From assembly GCF_964204645.1 (NCBI RefSeq), contig NC_134028.1, positions 23,928,345 to 23,992,344 of the forward strand: 64,000 bases of DNA. The letters run 5' to 3'. Positions 49,101 through 63,553 of this stretch are shown piece by piece. The notes under the pieces were generated by a model. That model did not search any database, was not told where the DNA came from, and saw only the letters and a program-made list of their open reading frames with translations. The stretch is from Tubulanus polymorphus. Lineage: Eukaryota; Animalia; Nemertea. Numbering within the stretch: position 1 is the stretch's first letter; every line of letters starts with the position of its first letter. Made by a program: the position numbers and the translations under genes.

Positions 49101-52100
49101 TATGTAACAATTGGTCTTAAATAGTTTGAAAACGTCATCGTCATCATAATTTCATCATATATCAAAAAAAATCAAGGCCAACATTTTGATTTTAACAGTT
49201 TATTTTCACGAAACGTTTCGACACGTTTGGAAATAAACTGTTCAAATCAAAATGTTGGCCTTGGCTTTTTTTGATGTGTCTACTTGTTAAGACTTTCACT
49301 CTATCGGAATATATACGCATTGCTTTGGACGATACCTTAATTTAGATTATAATCAGTAGTAAAACCGAAATATGAATAATTGCCCCAAAGCCACATCTTT
49401 GTATCGTTCCTCAATTATCGCTAAATTATTAATACACGCTGATATGATGTAATGAATCAGCGTATTATAAGTGTATGTGTATCAGCATTCTATGGGAATT
49501 ATTAATACGATTATTCGCACAGACGAAAAAAATACAGACAGTTTAACCTTGTCGCTTAGTTCCCAAACCTCATTCGTACCCTAACCCGTAACTGACTTAT
49601 TCATTGTGGGTGGTTTTGGCTCAGCAGTCTTCGATTCTGTACTCACAGATGGCTCACGTAACGTTATCGAGGCAATTCTCCCAGCATCAGTCGAATTTGC
49701 GAGATTTGTTAAATGATCTATAATGGGTTACGGGTATTTTTCCACTGTATCGTATTTCTAAACACATATCAAATCTCTCTCTACCCCTGTAGGTGTTGTT
49801 CGTATGTCGGCAAAAGGGGTAATGGACCACAAGCGATCTCGATCGGAAAGAACTGTGATAAGTTCGGTATTGTCGTTCATGAACTCGGTCACGTGGTTGG
49901 TTTTTGGCACGAGCACACGCGTCCAGACCGGAACAGCCACGTCGAAATAATCAACAAGAATATTATGCCAGGTAAATTTACACACTCCCCTTGTGTTAGC
50001 TTAAGAATGATTATATATTATTATTTATCTTTTTTATTTATTTGAAATGATTACATAATACCACGACGTACAGAAAGGATGTTTCTGTGGAATTAAGCGT
50101 TATAAAATTGTGCTATTATTTTTGCCATGTAGCAATCAAAAAGTTGGGAAGTAAAATCCGATGACTCGTAAATGGGTAAGAATTGAAACTGTTTGTCAAG
50201 GTTGTCAAAAGTAGAGTCGATATCTTGAACTTTAATCAGTAAAACAGATCGATAGTTTTCAAATTTAGGAAATTCCGCTACAAAATGAAATTCAACTTCT
50301 GACCATTGTGGATCTAGAAAGCTGATCCATTTGAAAATGACAAAATCTTCACATTTTAGAAAACTGATAAGTTGCTCCCAAAATACATCATTTGTTAGGA
50401 ATTACCAGCTATTGCCGACTTGGTGTCTTTCTTCCACGACTAGGAAACACAAACCAAAACGACGCTCAGATTCTGCATATCGATACTAAAGCAGAAAGAG
50501 CATTGAAGGCAAGCGCGCGCGTGTGACTGGTTCAGATCGATGACAAACTTTAAGTCTTTTCTCGTATTCCGATCGATGACTGAACGCGCGCTTGGGAATT
50601 CTGAAATCCGGATTGATGCGCGACGGAGAACGGTACACGCTGAAGGGTAATATCATATCATTTGATTGATCAGCGTGTCATTCGCGCATATGTTAACGTG
50701 TAACAAGAACAAAAGAAAAGAACTCGCGCATTCTCGGGCGTTTGAGGTGAAAATATCAAACGATCTTCGCCTGTATCACGTGATACCGCTGTCGATGATG
50801 ATGATGATGATGATGGCGATACCGACAGACGACAGGAGGGCAGACGATACGAGACAAAAGGACAAAGATGATTAAGAAAAATCGATCATCATCTTACAGA
50901 TACCCGGCCCATTATCGTCTTGTTAATCGGCTTTTAGTTTATTTCAAGGCGAATCTCGAGATGTATCATTTTCATATACGTTTTCTTGCGTCTGTTTGTC
51001 TACTGAACATTGATACTTATATAGAGATCGTGCAGACAAATCCGGTGCCATATTCCCAAAATTTCTTTTTTCAGCCAGTACTACGATATATGTTTATGTA
51101 TTTTTTTGTGAACAGAAAATACCAAGATTATCTTTCGATGGTTTTGCCTGTTTTGCCCGTTTGCCGTTTGAAGTGTCGGCACGTTCTTTTTTCGGAGGCA
51201 GAGAAGCTATTTTTGCATTTCCAACGACATATAATTGAACTCGGTTGAAATGGTCAACTCTGTCACGGGTGCTGATGATAAATCTGCAAACTGACTTTCA
51301 TAATGGCTTTTATCGCAGTTAATGTCTCTTTCCTTTGAAATTAATCGATATAAGAATCGGCGCTAAGCTTCGCCATAACAACCGTATCAATCACAACTCT
51401 ACAACGAGTTACATTATTTTCTATAATTAATGTATCACTTGGAAAAGACTGCAGGAATTCTATTGTTCGTTTGACGCCGGCTCAGAATGCATTAAGACTC
51501 AGTCGCCGGGTACATTTCGATTTGTCATTTCATTCCCTGGACGCGGAACAAATCACGCGCAGGCCGTTTAGATAAATGGATTGAAGGAGAGAGAGAGAGA
51601 GATGGATGGACTGATGGATCGCTTGATCGTTCCGTGCTTAATAGAACCGCACATCGCTATCTTTTTAAAGAGAAAAATCTTGCGGAGTTTTTTGAAAAGC
51701 TTTTCAAGAGATCTATCGTAATAATCTCTCAATCGCCGAGAGGTTTCTAGGCCGGTAAAATTTCTAAACAAACGGCCGGATGCTTCTGTACCATGTTTTG
51801 TACGTGCTGGGCTGATTTCTTCCGGCGATCTAAACCATGGAAGAATCGTTTTAGAGTCCATATTCAAACAGAACTATTGCATCGGTGTAGAGAAGTAACC
51901 AACGCGAATGAATTAGCACTCAATAGGTCGCTGGCAATGTAAACAAACACTCGTAAAAAATTATGGTATTATTAATCAAAATGGAGGTTAATGAAAGACG
52001 TAGATTCGTCACGTTTACACAAGGAACATAAACACTATATATAAAATTGTAATTATCATATATAGTATCCTATAATAATGTCGACCAATGTTGTTTTGAT

Positions 52101-55100
52101 GTTGGCAAAACATTTACGACTATCGTCATCACCGGCTATTATTGCAAACACATGAAATCCTTTCACCCACGTATAAATGTTTAAATTGAAGCTACTAATA
52201 ACTTCCGTGACTAATCTATTTATATACAAAATAATGAAATGCCATATGCTAATTTAGGATAAGAAAAAGTACAATCGATAGCACCGTATTTTGCCATTAA
52301 AAATCCACCTTTCGCCAATCAACAACAGAACAAGATCAGAACAAGATCGGTCGGGTATTTAAAGGGTTTTATTTCATTTTTTCTGTGCGTTGCTTTCCGT
52401 TGTAAATTTGAGAATTCTATTTCACTCGTTCGCAGGTCAAGAGTACAACTTCAACGTTTTGTCGGAACAAGAAGTGAATTCACTGGGCGAAAGCTACGAC
52501 CACGACAGTATAATGCACTACGCCCGCAACACGTTCTCCAGGCACACCTATCTGGACACGATACTGCCGAAAGTAAACAACGATAGGGTACAACGACCAG
52601 AGATCGGTCAACGCGTTCGCCTCAGTCAGGGCGATATTCGACAAGCTAAAAAGCTCTACAAATGCTCAAGTACGAGTCCTTGCCTCATCGATTTTAGCAT
52701 AATACCTTTTACGGTTTATGTAAACAGTCCCGATCTCTCGATCTCGTCTCATTGCTATCATTTTTACATACTTAGGTTGCGGACGGACTTTGCAAGAGTC
52801 AAGTGGATTCTTCTCGGCCCCGGATAAAATCGCTGGTAAACCCGATCAGACGTGTCAATGGAGGATATCGGCGACGCATGGCGAAAAAATAGTACTGAAC
52901 ATAACGATGATAGATATTCCAGAATCGGCGAACTGTTTAACCGATTATCTAGAAATAAGAGACGGGCATTGGCTTAAATCCCCCTTATTAGGTAAATCGC
53001 ACATGAGTCTACAACATCGTCAACTTTTTGCCCATTTCTTGGTACTAATTTTCTCGAGGGAATATAATTTTAGGGAGATTTTGTGGAAGTGGAAAACTTC
53101 CTGGCACATTGATCTCATCTGGGAGTCGAATGTGGATAGAATTCCACAATTCAGAGCTGACAACTAAAGAGCCATCGGACGGATTTATGGCCAGTTACGA
53201 AGGTATATCTAATATCTAGATTTCCCGCGAGTTCTCGTTGAAATCTATGAACATGCTGAGATGGCATATATGAACTCTGATTTGAAATTTTTTTAAAGCT
53301 GTTTGCGGAGGTGAGATAATCAAAGAAGAAGGTCAATTAACCAGTCCTAACTATCCGGACTACTATAAACCGAATAAGGATTGTGTGTGGAAGATCACGG
53401 TATCTGAAGGTTATTCCGTCGCTCTGAAATTCCAATCATTTGAGGTTAGTACAATATCTACATCTCTACATTACATACACAGGGGCTCTTATATCAGAGT
53501 TGTAGCTACCGTAACAACGATAATCTGTTAATCCAGTGTCTATGATATATATAAATTAACTATAGGGGCTATATTATAGATACTAGATTAACAGATTATC
53601 GTTTTTACAGTACCTACAATACGATCTGATACGAGCCCCTGTGATTACACAGGCAGCCCGGTATAGAGGATGAAATGAAATATTCTCACATTTTACCCAG
53701 ATCGAAAACCACGACAACTGCGTTTACGATTACTTAGAAGTACGAGATGGTCACGAGGACGATTCGACCCTGATCGGTAAATTCTGTGGATACAAACTTC
53801 CAGAAGATATCAAATCAACCTCCAATAAACTCTATATCAAGTTCGTATCGGACGGCTCCGTGCAGAAAGCCGGATTCGCGGCAACTTTCATCAAAGGTAA
53901 AAAAACGAATATCGAAAATTACGTTGATATCTACATAATTTCTTCGCTGAATATTGATTCCAAAAATGCTGATAATTATTACAGAATACGACGAATGTAA
54001 AACGGATGAACACGGCTGTGAACACGAGTGTGTTAATACACTCGGCGGTTATCGATGTGAATGTACGATTGGCTACGAACTTCATTCCGATGGAAAACGA
54101 TGCGAAGGTAATAACAAAGAAAACCCTACAATATCAAGCAAAAAAAAAATAGGGAGTATTTGACATTTTGAAAATGGTTTGTCGAAACGTCACTACTCGG
54201 TTTTTCTCATACTGTATATTGTATTCTTCAATTGAATGTTGTTAAAGCTGTCCATCTAAACGGGCAAATAAAATATGATAAGAAAATCATAAAAAGTTTT
54301 TTAAAGGCGGAAAAAAATGACCCAACAATACAGGACAAAAAGTACCCCAATAGAATGGCGGCTAACAACCGTAGAATAGTTTATAAGGCAGACACTTGTC
54401 TGGAAATGTCCAAAATGTCGAATGTCTTCTCTAGGAGACCTCTTCTCTCGAGACAATGTGATCAGTACTGCAGTGTATGTTTGTTTCAGACGCGTGTGGC
54501 GGAGTGATCGACGACGCTTTTAACGGCACGATTCAATCTCCTTCATTCCCCGATCTCTACCCGAGCAATAAGAACTGCGTCTGGCAAATCGTCGCTCCGA
54601 AACAATACCGCATTATCCTTAACATTACGCACTTTGATCTCGAAGGCAGTAATGTAAGCCAAAAAGTTTGTATTGTTTCATCTTTTTCTTCATTTTCTCT
54701 CCCGCTAGTGACGTAGTGCAGTATACCCGGCCCCTTATATATATCATCGCACCAACTCCTCTCCTATTCTCCTAACATCGCACGCACCTCACCTCCCATC
54801 ACGCACAACCGCTTGTAGCACTTAGCATATCATCATCCATAATTAAATGTATTAAGTAACTTTGATTTTAATGTATTTTTAAGTTTTTAATATTTTCATT
54901 TACTCTCGTCGTCTAGAAACTACTTCTCTTGACATTAAACGACGACGAAAGCTTCTTATTGGATTTAGCTATTTTTATATCCAGCACTCCAAAGCCGCCC
55001 GGCTAATATTGTCACATAAGTTTGGCATGAAGGGCGCTTATGTTCTGTCGCTGAGTGGATGTTTAGACATGTCTACTTACGAGATGTCGGTATTTTCTAA

Positions 55101-57985
55101 TTTTAGCAAGACTGTGATTACGATTCGCTGACAGTGAAAAGCGGAATGACGGCTGAAGCTACGAATCACGGCACGTTTTGCGGTCACACGATCCCGAATC
55201 CAATCACTTCTGAAGGCAACACGATGAGAATTGAATTCAATACGGACAATTCCGTCCAAAGGACCGGATTCAGTGCTGTTTTCTTGACGGGTATTGATAC
55301 TTGGCCGCCTCAAAAAATATTTTGAAAGGAAATAAAAATTTGAGCAATGAATTTACAATTAACTGAGATTCAAACGGTTTGGATGTTGCCAAAGTTGTCA
55401 AAATGCATCTAAGGACCGTTGAAATATGATAAATATGCATCACAAATATAGTTTTTAGAAAATAGAAATAAATGACCTGACAAATTGAAGTTCCCTAACA
55501 AAATGGCTGGACTTATTTTTAACGTCGATTGAATACAATTTCAGACAAGGACGAGTGTACTGTCGAAAATGGTGGTTGCCAGCATATTTGCAAAAATATG
55601 ATCGGTAGTTATGAATGCGCTTGTCATAATGGGTATACTTTGCATTCAAATCGACATGATTGTAAAGAAGGTGAGAATCCCCATTTATTGGGGCTGGTTC
55701 TAAAGTATTCTTGACTTTTGAGTCCGCCTTTACAAAAATATTCCGAGGAAAGGGTGGTAAAAAATCGGACTATTGATTATATTTGATCAAGAAAATATGT
55801 CTACAATGGACGGTGGAATTAGTCGGCCTTTAAATGAAAATCAGAAATTTTGGTTGGTGTATACAATGATTCTGTACCATTACAGGTGGATGTCAGCATA
55901 AAGTTACGACCCCAAATGGAGAAGTCAAGAGTCCAAATTATCCTGAAAACTATCCGAGTCGCAAAAACTGTGTTTGGATATTCCAAGCGTTACCCGGTCA
56001 CAGAATAAAGCTGGTAAGAGTCGAACGCGAAAATTTCAAAGAAATATCCAAAATTGGCAAGCGATATTTATATTCCCGGATTTGATATCTTTATCAGATG
56101 TTCAATAATTTCGAGTTGGAGCCGCATCAGGAGTGTAACTACGACAACATAGAACTGTTTGACGGCGAGGACAACAACCATCGCAGTTTGGGAAAATATT
56201 GCGGCAGCTCCAAACCACCGGCCATACTGTCCAGTAGCAATATCATGTACATGGTTTTCTACTCTGACGCATCGGTGCAACGAAAAGGATTCACAGCGAC
56301 CCACAGTACAGGTATTCAAAAACTCCTGTCTTTCAAGTAATTCTCCTCAACTTCGTCAGCTGTATTATGTATGTTCTCTAAAAAGCGAAAGATATAGTCG
56401 TTTTAGAGTCCATGGTTAATCACCAAGTTTTACAAAGACAAAGGCAGATTTCGATTGGTCTTCACCGATTCCGGAATTCTCTTCTGGCGCATTCCTTTTA
56501 ACCAGAATATGCCCTATACCTATTACGGAATAGCATAATCTGTAAACCTAAATAAAAGCGACCGGTAGAGAGTTCGTGTAATCCGCAATTGCTATTCCAA
56601 AAACGGAATAGGTTCTATTGAAACCTGTCTAATGATGATTAAATTGAATTATTGAAGAGGTAAAATTGAGAATGAGCTCATGAAACCAGTGAGACACAAC
56701 AGCAAGAGCCCCCATCATTTTGAGTCTTTAAGTTGTGTCCACAACTGTAAAACCCGACTATTGATCAAGTTATCAATGATCGATATTTCTATACATGAAT
56801 AGATCAATGAATCGATGAATTCGATTGATCTTTGGAAAAAATAAAGCTATAATCACCGTTTCTCATCATGACAGTTTGCGGAGGAAGGTTAATTGCGACG
56901 AAATCAGCGCAGCATCTTTACTCTCACGCTAAATACGGAGATCAGAGCTACGAAAATAAACTGGATTGCGACTGGGTGATCGAGGCACCGCAAAATTACA
57001 ACATCAGATTCAAATTCCTTGCGTTTGAAATCGAAGAAGAAATGGACTGCGGGTGAGTTATTGCCGCCAAGATTAAATCGATACAGAAGACATTGCACCC
57101 GCTGATGGAACAGTTCTTAGAAAGGATCTTTGTTTTGCTTTTGTTTTTCAGGTATGATTATGTTGAGGTTTATGACGGCGATTCGGATATCGATAGAAAA
57201 ATCGGTAGATACTGCGCTTCCAAGGTCAGTAAAACATTTCAATCGAAGAATTCTAGGGTGATGTTTCAAATTTTCTTTTCAAAAGTTTTTTTTCAAACAT
57301 CTTATTTGATTTGTTTGCATAAATAAATGGACATCGCAGATAGCAAAACATAGTAGTTACATGATATGTAGTCTAAATTTTAACTTATGCGAGGAATTTA
57401 GGAGTAGCGAAAAAGGCTTTGGTCCTGTTCCTTTCCTACACCATGCATTGCTGTTACTAAAGACACTCTAGAAAGACTGTTCACCCAGTTCTGGAAGTGG
57501 TTGTCTCCACAGTGATCTACGTCGCTCTACGATCCTAGTGTATACCCAGTGGAACATCAGACCCTAGGTTTTCGGTGAAGAAAAGGGCACAAATACAACG
57601 TATTTGAATATGTGCCTATTAATGATTAAGGATGAGAAAACTTTCGAAACTGTTACGAAATAGACTAAAATGTAGCTCATATCATGGACGTATAAACTAG
57701 ATGTCCATCTAGTTTATACATCCATGCTCATATCAAGCATAGAACGTGGACATAGAGCATGGACAAAAGAACAATCTTAGACACAAAAACGCTATTCTAT
57801 GCCCTTTTATCTTGTAGCTTCCACCAGAGATAATATCTACTGGACGGCATTTACTAATTCACTTCCGTACTGATGACACTATCGGCTGGAAAGGATTTTC
57901 GGCTGCGTTCGTGTTATCCAGCCCTGATCGTACACCGAGAAAGACCGCAGGAGCTCACATCGGTTCGGCCACCATTCGAACATAG
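43172..57985 (+). CDS. Tolloid/BMP1-family astacin metalloprotease (signal, pro, astacin, CUB-CUB-EGF-CUB-EGF-CUB-CUB)
   Basis: Exon 1 (43172-43331) has a signal peptide and DPCKA; exon 2 has GYMGDIAL; furin site RTRR/AATA (exon 48616-48734); [18 protein letters not shown] zinc motif (exon 49793-49971); Met-turn [11 protein letters not shown]; five CUB and two Ca-EGF modules; stop 57983-57985. Co-ortholog of vertebrate BMP1/TLL1/TLL2, so no single symbol is given. Confidence 0.96.
46841..47040. mobile_element. MITE at the 3' end of tolloid intron 1
   Basis: Imperfect ~45-bp TIRs aagaccaatgcacacgacgca..aacgctgaaa / tttcagcgtt..tgcgtcgtatgcgttgggctt. Confidence 0.75.
49157..49278. repeat. ~120-bp near-perfect palindrome in a tolloid intron
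   Basis: atcaaaaaaa..caaggccaacattttgattt.aacagtttattt / aaataaactgtt.aaatcaaaatgttggccttg..tttttttgat. Confidence 0.85.
53478..53643. mobile_element. MITE with ~70-bp arms in a tolloid intron
   Basis: CACAGGGGCTC..TATCAGA..CGATAATCTGTTAATC / GATTAACAGATTATCG..TCTGATA.GAGCCCCTGTG. Confidence 0.85.
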
Positions 57986-60274
57986 TCGTTCTCTCCTCCA
58001 AATATCTGATCATCGATGGAAATTTGTCCCGCTGGATTCATAGATATAGGCTGAACGTCGTATCGATGCGGAATTCAAAACTGAAAGACTTCGCTGCGGA
58101 GTTTAAAACTATTAAACTAGAGCTTCGGTAAAAATGGCAGGGAAAACTAGGAAAATAAAAAGGACAGTAGAAACTATTCACTAACTCTTTAAAACTTCTT
58201 GCTTATTTCTAAATTCGTGTACATTTCTATCAGAATGACTCTTTCATGTTATTCAGGGATGATTATCACTTATTGTTTAATTGTTGGTTTCGATGATAGG
58301 TAACAATATTATATCCTTAAATCTTTATAGCTATTATATATGGTAAGCACTGCCTTTCTTTGAACTGTCTTGATTCCGAAAAGAATATTACGTAATACGC
58401 GCGTCTGTCAAGAATCTGTATGTAATAGCTAATCGTCTATATATGAATATATTATCATAGCATTTTAGTTGTAAAATATGGTTTTAATCTGTGCTCAAAT
58501 TAACCAATTTTTGTTATCGGGGTAAAATCTTGGGATAAACTTTTAAAGAATATCATAATCTTAAACTGAAGTTAATTACGTACGCACCGAATCGGTTTTT
58601 CGCTCAGGTATGGTATATGGAATTTCTTGCCTAAATTTCAATTCTTAGTTCTCTTACACAAATCACTTGATTTCAGGTGTTTTTCATTATTCGTGTACAT
58701 GTTTGTGTATCTAGTTTTTACGAGGGAAATTGTATTGGTGGATCGTGTTGTAAGGTATTAATGACATAGTTTGACTGATGATGGTGGAAAAAAGCGATTG
58801 TCATTTTATAGGAATATTTGTTTGTTTATCTCTAAACTATATACGATATATAATAAACATTGTAAATATATATAATGTAAACGAGCAAATTTTCAATCGA
58901 TAAGATACGATAGAGCCGGGTCCAGAAAGTCATTTTATCCCGAATTGTTTATCGTCATCAGCACCCATCGCTTCCACTTTCTTTGGTGATCAGTCTTCCA
59001 TAGATCTGACCATGGGCTTCGGACGAATCCAAATGTTATTGTCACCGATCCCCCGAGTTTCTACATGTCGAGTAGAGGATAAACATAGAATTTATCTGAA
59101 CTTTTCACCTCCTACACTGGGTTCATCTATATCAGTTGAAATGTTGCTGATCAATTGTCTTGCTTGAAGACTGATCCTATCGATTGTGACGAGACGGCCT
59201 CTAGCACTGATAGTTAATACAACAGCATCACGCCCATCGAGCTGTTGCTGATGACGTTTCGCTCTAATAACCAAACTGGTCCAAACTTCCATTGGCAAAG
59301 ATGAACTCTGCAAAAAAATTGTTCTTGTTCAAGATTCCCACCTAGGAAAACCGATACAAAACTGCAGTAACTCACAATTATTGAAAAGGCACCTTTTATT
59401 AAACTTGCGACAATAATTTATAATACAGAGTTTATATCTTATAAATTAGATGCACGGATGATGTTTATTTGATGAAAGATGACGAAATTAAAACATGAAG
59501 TCGAAAAAACAATGAGATCAAAATATCCACTCGCACCGCGGCGTGAATACCAAATCATATAGAAAGAAAATGTTTTTCCCAATATTTTGTTCTAAAACGT
59601 TAACAATTTATTAATATTTATTGCATTGATGGAAGACGCGCAGTGTTTCGATTTCCACTAAGTGAACAATAAAAACCTAATGTATATACAATTTCTAACG
59701 ATGGCTGTACACTAGACTACGTTTACCCCGGAGACGAGTTGATTGTCACGGATTATGGCGTGCCCCGTCCGACTATAACGGTGATTGTTTTCCACAACGG
59801 GTTTTAGAGTGGTGGCCATCCCTTTCATTTTTACATCAACCCCTCTGAAAATCAGCCATCCCTTATAAAATATCTGCTGCCCCTACCAGAGTGGATGTCA
59901 AAAATCTATCAATGCTGCTAATTGCTTTGAAATATATAACAACTGTTCCCCACGTTTGAGTGTGGTTATTCTACTAATATTGAGCTACTGTGAAAAATAG
60001 GAGATTACACCAAAATAAAACTTGAGTTTCTTTTTTGGGAGAATCAAATGCCTTGCTACTTCAGCAACCATGATGTCATACACTTAACAATGAATGCAGC
60101 CACTTAAAAATTCTAGCATATGGAGAACGCTGGGTATAAAAATTAGCTTACTCTGACCCATCCCTGCTCCAACTGTCCTTGAGTTGGCATTGTACCTCAG
60201 AGAGATTTAATTGGTCCCGTGAGATCCGAGGCAAGCAAAGTCTACTAGTACAGTAACAAAAATAGTAATCTGCA

Positions 60275-63131
60275 TTAGGATAGTTTTTTCTTCTCAGCCC
60301 GTTGCTTCAGTTTAGTAAGATCTGGATATGAACAGCCGTTATTGACGAACTCAACTGCGCACCGTCTCGGGAACCAACCTCTCAGACGAGAAACACCTGA
60401 AAAATATTTCAAGCGCCGATGTTGAGAATAGCAGCAGCATCAATTCAGAAAATGAAATAATCAGAAGTCGAATTCGGGCAAATCCGACAGCATAAGAACA
60501 TGTATCAAAGAATGCTGTGGGAGGCCACGCTAATCCACGGCAATTTTTCAAGATTCACAACATTTTTGAATTTCAAATTTGCAACAGCAAATTACCAACT
60601 CAATGCACCAGTATCCCACAAATCACCATCTTTAGATAGAGAGTGCTTTCTACCAAGCAGATCTGATTATATATGACAAATAAACTTTACCATGCAACCA
60701 CTTGAAAAATATATCATGTTAGCATTATTAGAATGCCATCGTAAATTACCTACCCAGATCTTTCTGCTGTTTATCTAAGATCTTATCACCGTACAACCAA
60801 TGCCTAAAACAACAAATGAAAGCAAATAAAAACACAACAGCGTCGCGGGAGACTAGTTACAGTTCAATCAGTCTTACTTTTTCCAGCGAGTGACGAGTAA
60901 TCGATCGCCGATGTTCAGTTTGATACGAGGCTCGTCGGTGAACGGAGGGCAACAAATAACGCGACAACCTTTAGTGATCGGACACCAGCGGCCGCTGTAA
61001 TCTTCAATGATCGTATACTCGATCGATCGATCTTTCTTGTCTTCTTTCTGCCTCATTTGTTCAATCTGTGAATTAGAAAATTTGAATCAGAAAATAAGTT
61101 TCAGGATTTTCACTTAATTCGAATGAAAGATCTGGTCAATTTAACCGTGTAAACTGTTATTCAGGAATCTGATTTTTTCTGAGAAATCTGGGCAGTTCAT
61201 AGTCGTCTGAATTAAATGAGTTCAACTGTATTCGAATAGGAAAACGAACGTTTCATATCCAGATTAAGCACTATTGAAATTCGTCATTGTTTATTGATTA
61301 AAAACTGCGATCTCGTAGATACTGATCGGATTACGCTGATACGGATTTAGAAGTTCTGACGTATCTCGACAGTACAAACCGTTAATGTATATTGATTACA
61401 GCCTTCTTTCACGTCCCACGTAAAACCATCTGAGACAGGATAACCGGACCACGTAAATACTTGACGAAGGTTTCTCCACATGCCCAAATAATACGGATAA
61501 ACAAATTCACCTTCCTCGACAGTTCTATCGATATAATAAGCCTGCAAGAAATTTCACAATCTTCCTATTTTCTATTTAAAGACAAATAGTTGAATCTAAA
61601 TTTCAGAAATGGAGGAACAATATTTTTCCGACTTAAAACTGAATTATTTGTGACTGAAATTAGTGACCTTTTCTATAATCCAAGATTCGATACCAGTTTC
61701 ATTCTTGAGAATACTTTTCAACTGGAGGAATCCCAAACCACCGACGGCCACAATGACCCCGACAGCTAGACCAACGCTGAATATACCGATCAGAAACGAC
61801 CATACATCTAGATTTATAACAGGCTCCGTTCCATCTCCGTAGTAGAAATAGTAAGGCTGAAATTAAGCCATAACATCTTACAATTAGTACAGGTCAGGGT
61901 CCATACAGATCACTCATTCCTGGATATAAGGAGTCTTCAAAGAGTTTTAAAGGAGAAAATCTCAGATTTCGAGGAAGTGTCTGCATCACTTTCATTTATC
62001 CCAATTACTGTAGACTCTCATAAATCGGTACTGTTTATCTTGTTGGTTTTGTAAGCAAATTTCAATCTTATGCACTACTTAAACTTGGTTTCTAATTCGT
62101 TAACTGCCTAATTGGGTAAAGAAAATCCAGAAAGTCCCAACTGTATTGATTTCGGGGTAGTTTATTGTACAACTAAAATAGACAAACATTTTAGTAGAGT
62201 TTTTTAGGAATCGATTAGTTATAGGGACCCTGAAGTAGCAGACAAGCTGAAATTGAAATTGTCTCCAGAATGGATCACATTTAAGACGTTTACCCGGTTC
62301 ATTGCATGATAAAGAGACGGAATCAATATGCATAAGGAATGTATGCATCCAAGTGGCGCGAAGAATAAGAAATACGTAAATCTTGCATGATTCATGTGGC
62401 CGCAACAGTTGTTTATCCATGGACAATGATGATCCATTTTCATGACACAACTGAAAATTCAAAATAAACCATCAAATTATTCAAATATACTGATTTAAGG
62501 TTCTGTGGTTGACTATAGGCTGTTACTAACCGATTACATTTGCGACAATGATGAGACCTTGGTGATTTGTAACCCTGACAAACTTTACAAAACTGTAAAT
62601 ACTTTATATCTTTTGGATCATCCTAAAAACAGTGAAAAATATCTTAGACAATTCAATTTGCGATAGGAAAATGGCTCAAAATGGGACAACGAAATGGTTA
62701 ACTTTTCATCAAGTTACGAGTAACATGTAACATTAGTTAGTACTTCATTTTGGAAAGCAAAAAGGATAGATATTTCAGCCTCGTAATTCTCTATGATCTC
62801 TAATGTCACATCAAACTACTGTAAAACCCCTTTTACTCAAGGCTAGAAAATAGGAACTTGACAACATTGAAGTCTAAAAATTTGAATTAAGTTTTCTACT
62901 TACTGGTTTCCAGCCATACGGCACATGACCTGGCCCGATTCCCATAGCGCAGAAGAAATTGTATAGGGTCAGATAAAGCCACATTACATATACAATCAGA
63001 TTGATTGTACCTCCCGGGGCTGAAACAGGCCACCACATCATATCACATATAATAGACATCGCCGATATAGTGAATATAATGAATAGGGCCAGTAAAGGCC
63101 CCCAATGCAACGTGCGGCGTACTATATTCAT
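60275..63131 (-). CDS. ZDHHC6: Palmitoyltransferase ZDHHC6 (DHHC-CRD + SH3-like C-terminus), about 8 coding exons
   Basis: MNIVRRTLHWGPLLAL..GPGHVPYGWKP; CKVCQGYKSPRSHHCRKCNR; KMDHHCPWINNCCGH; KNETGIESWI; GCNQYTLT; PPFTDEPRI; WLYGDK; RGWFPRRCA; ends KKKLS-stop (KKxx ER-retrieval signal). Confidence 0.94.
61895..62232 (+). mobile_element. Non-autonomous element with CAGGGTCC/GGACCCTG termini in a ZDHHC6 intron
   Basis: 8-bp TIR; body shared with 17380-17702; no clear TSD. Confidence 0.75.
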
Positions 63132-63169
63132 GATGGAGAGGACTTCAAATCTGCATGTTATCTGCAAAA

Positions 63170-63553
63170 TAGGAAATTTATTCTGTGACCGGTGGTTATG
63201 AAAGCTTACGCTGGCAAGCGAGATTTAAGTAAAACAGTTATAGGGCCTCATTTCACATATAAATATACATGACAGTAAGACATGTGAATGTCAGTAATTT
63301 GGGCGATGTGAATTATGAATAATATCAATAATTTACCCGGTTTAATGAATGAATTACGTCATTAAATCACAGCGAACGGGCCAAAAAATCAGCCCGAAAA
63401 CCACAACCCGGAAGTGTTTTACCCGGTTCAGATTGAACGCATGAAACGAAAAGATACAGCTGTAGTACATTGAGCATAGGGGAATTTAGCGTTTCACATG
63501 TAGTAGACCTCGACACTGTGCTGTGCTGCGCTCATTCATCATTTTCTTCTACT
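63170..63553. promoter_or_regulatory. Probable bidirectional promoter between ZDHHC6 and NUBP2
   Basis: Head-to-head ATGs only ~420 bp apart; ETS/GABP-type CCGGAAGTG at 63408-63416. Confidence 0.7.
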
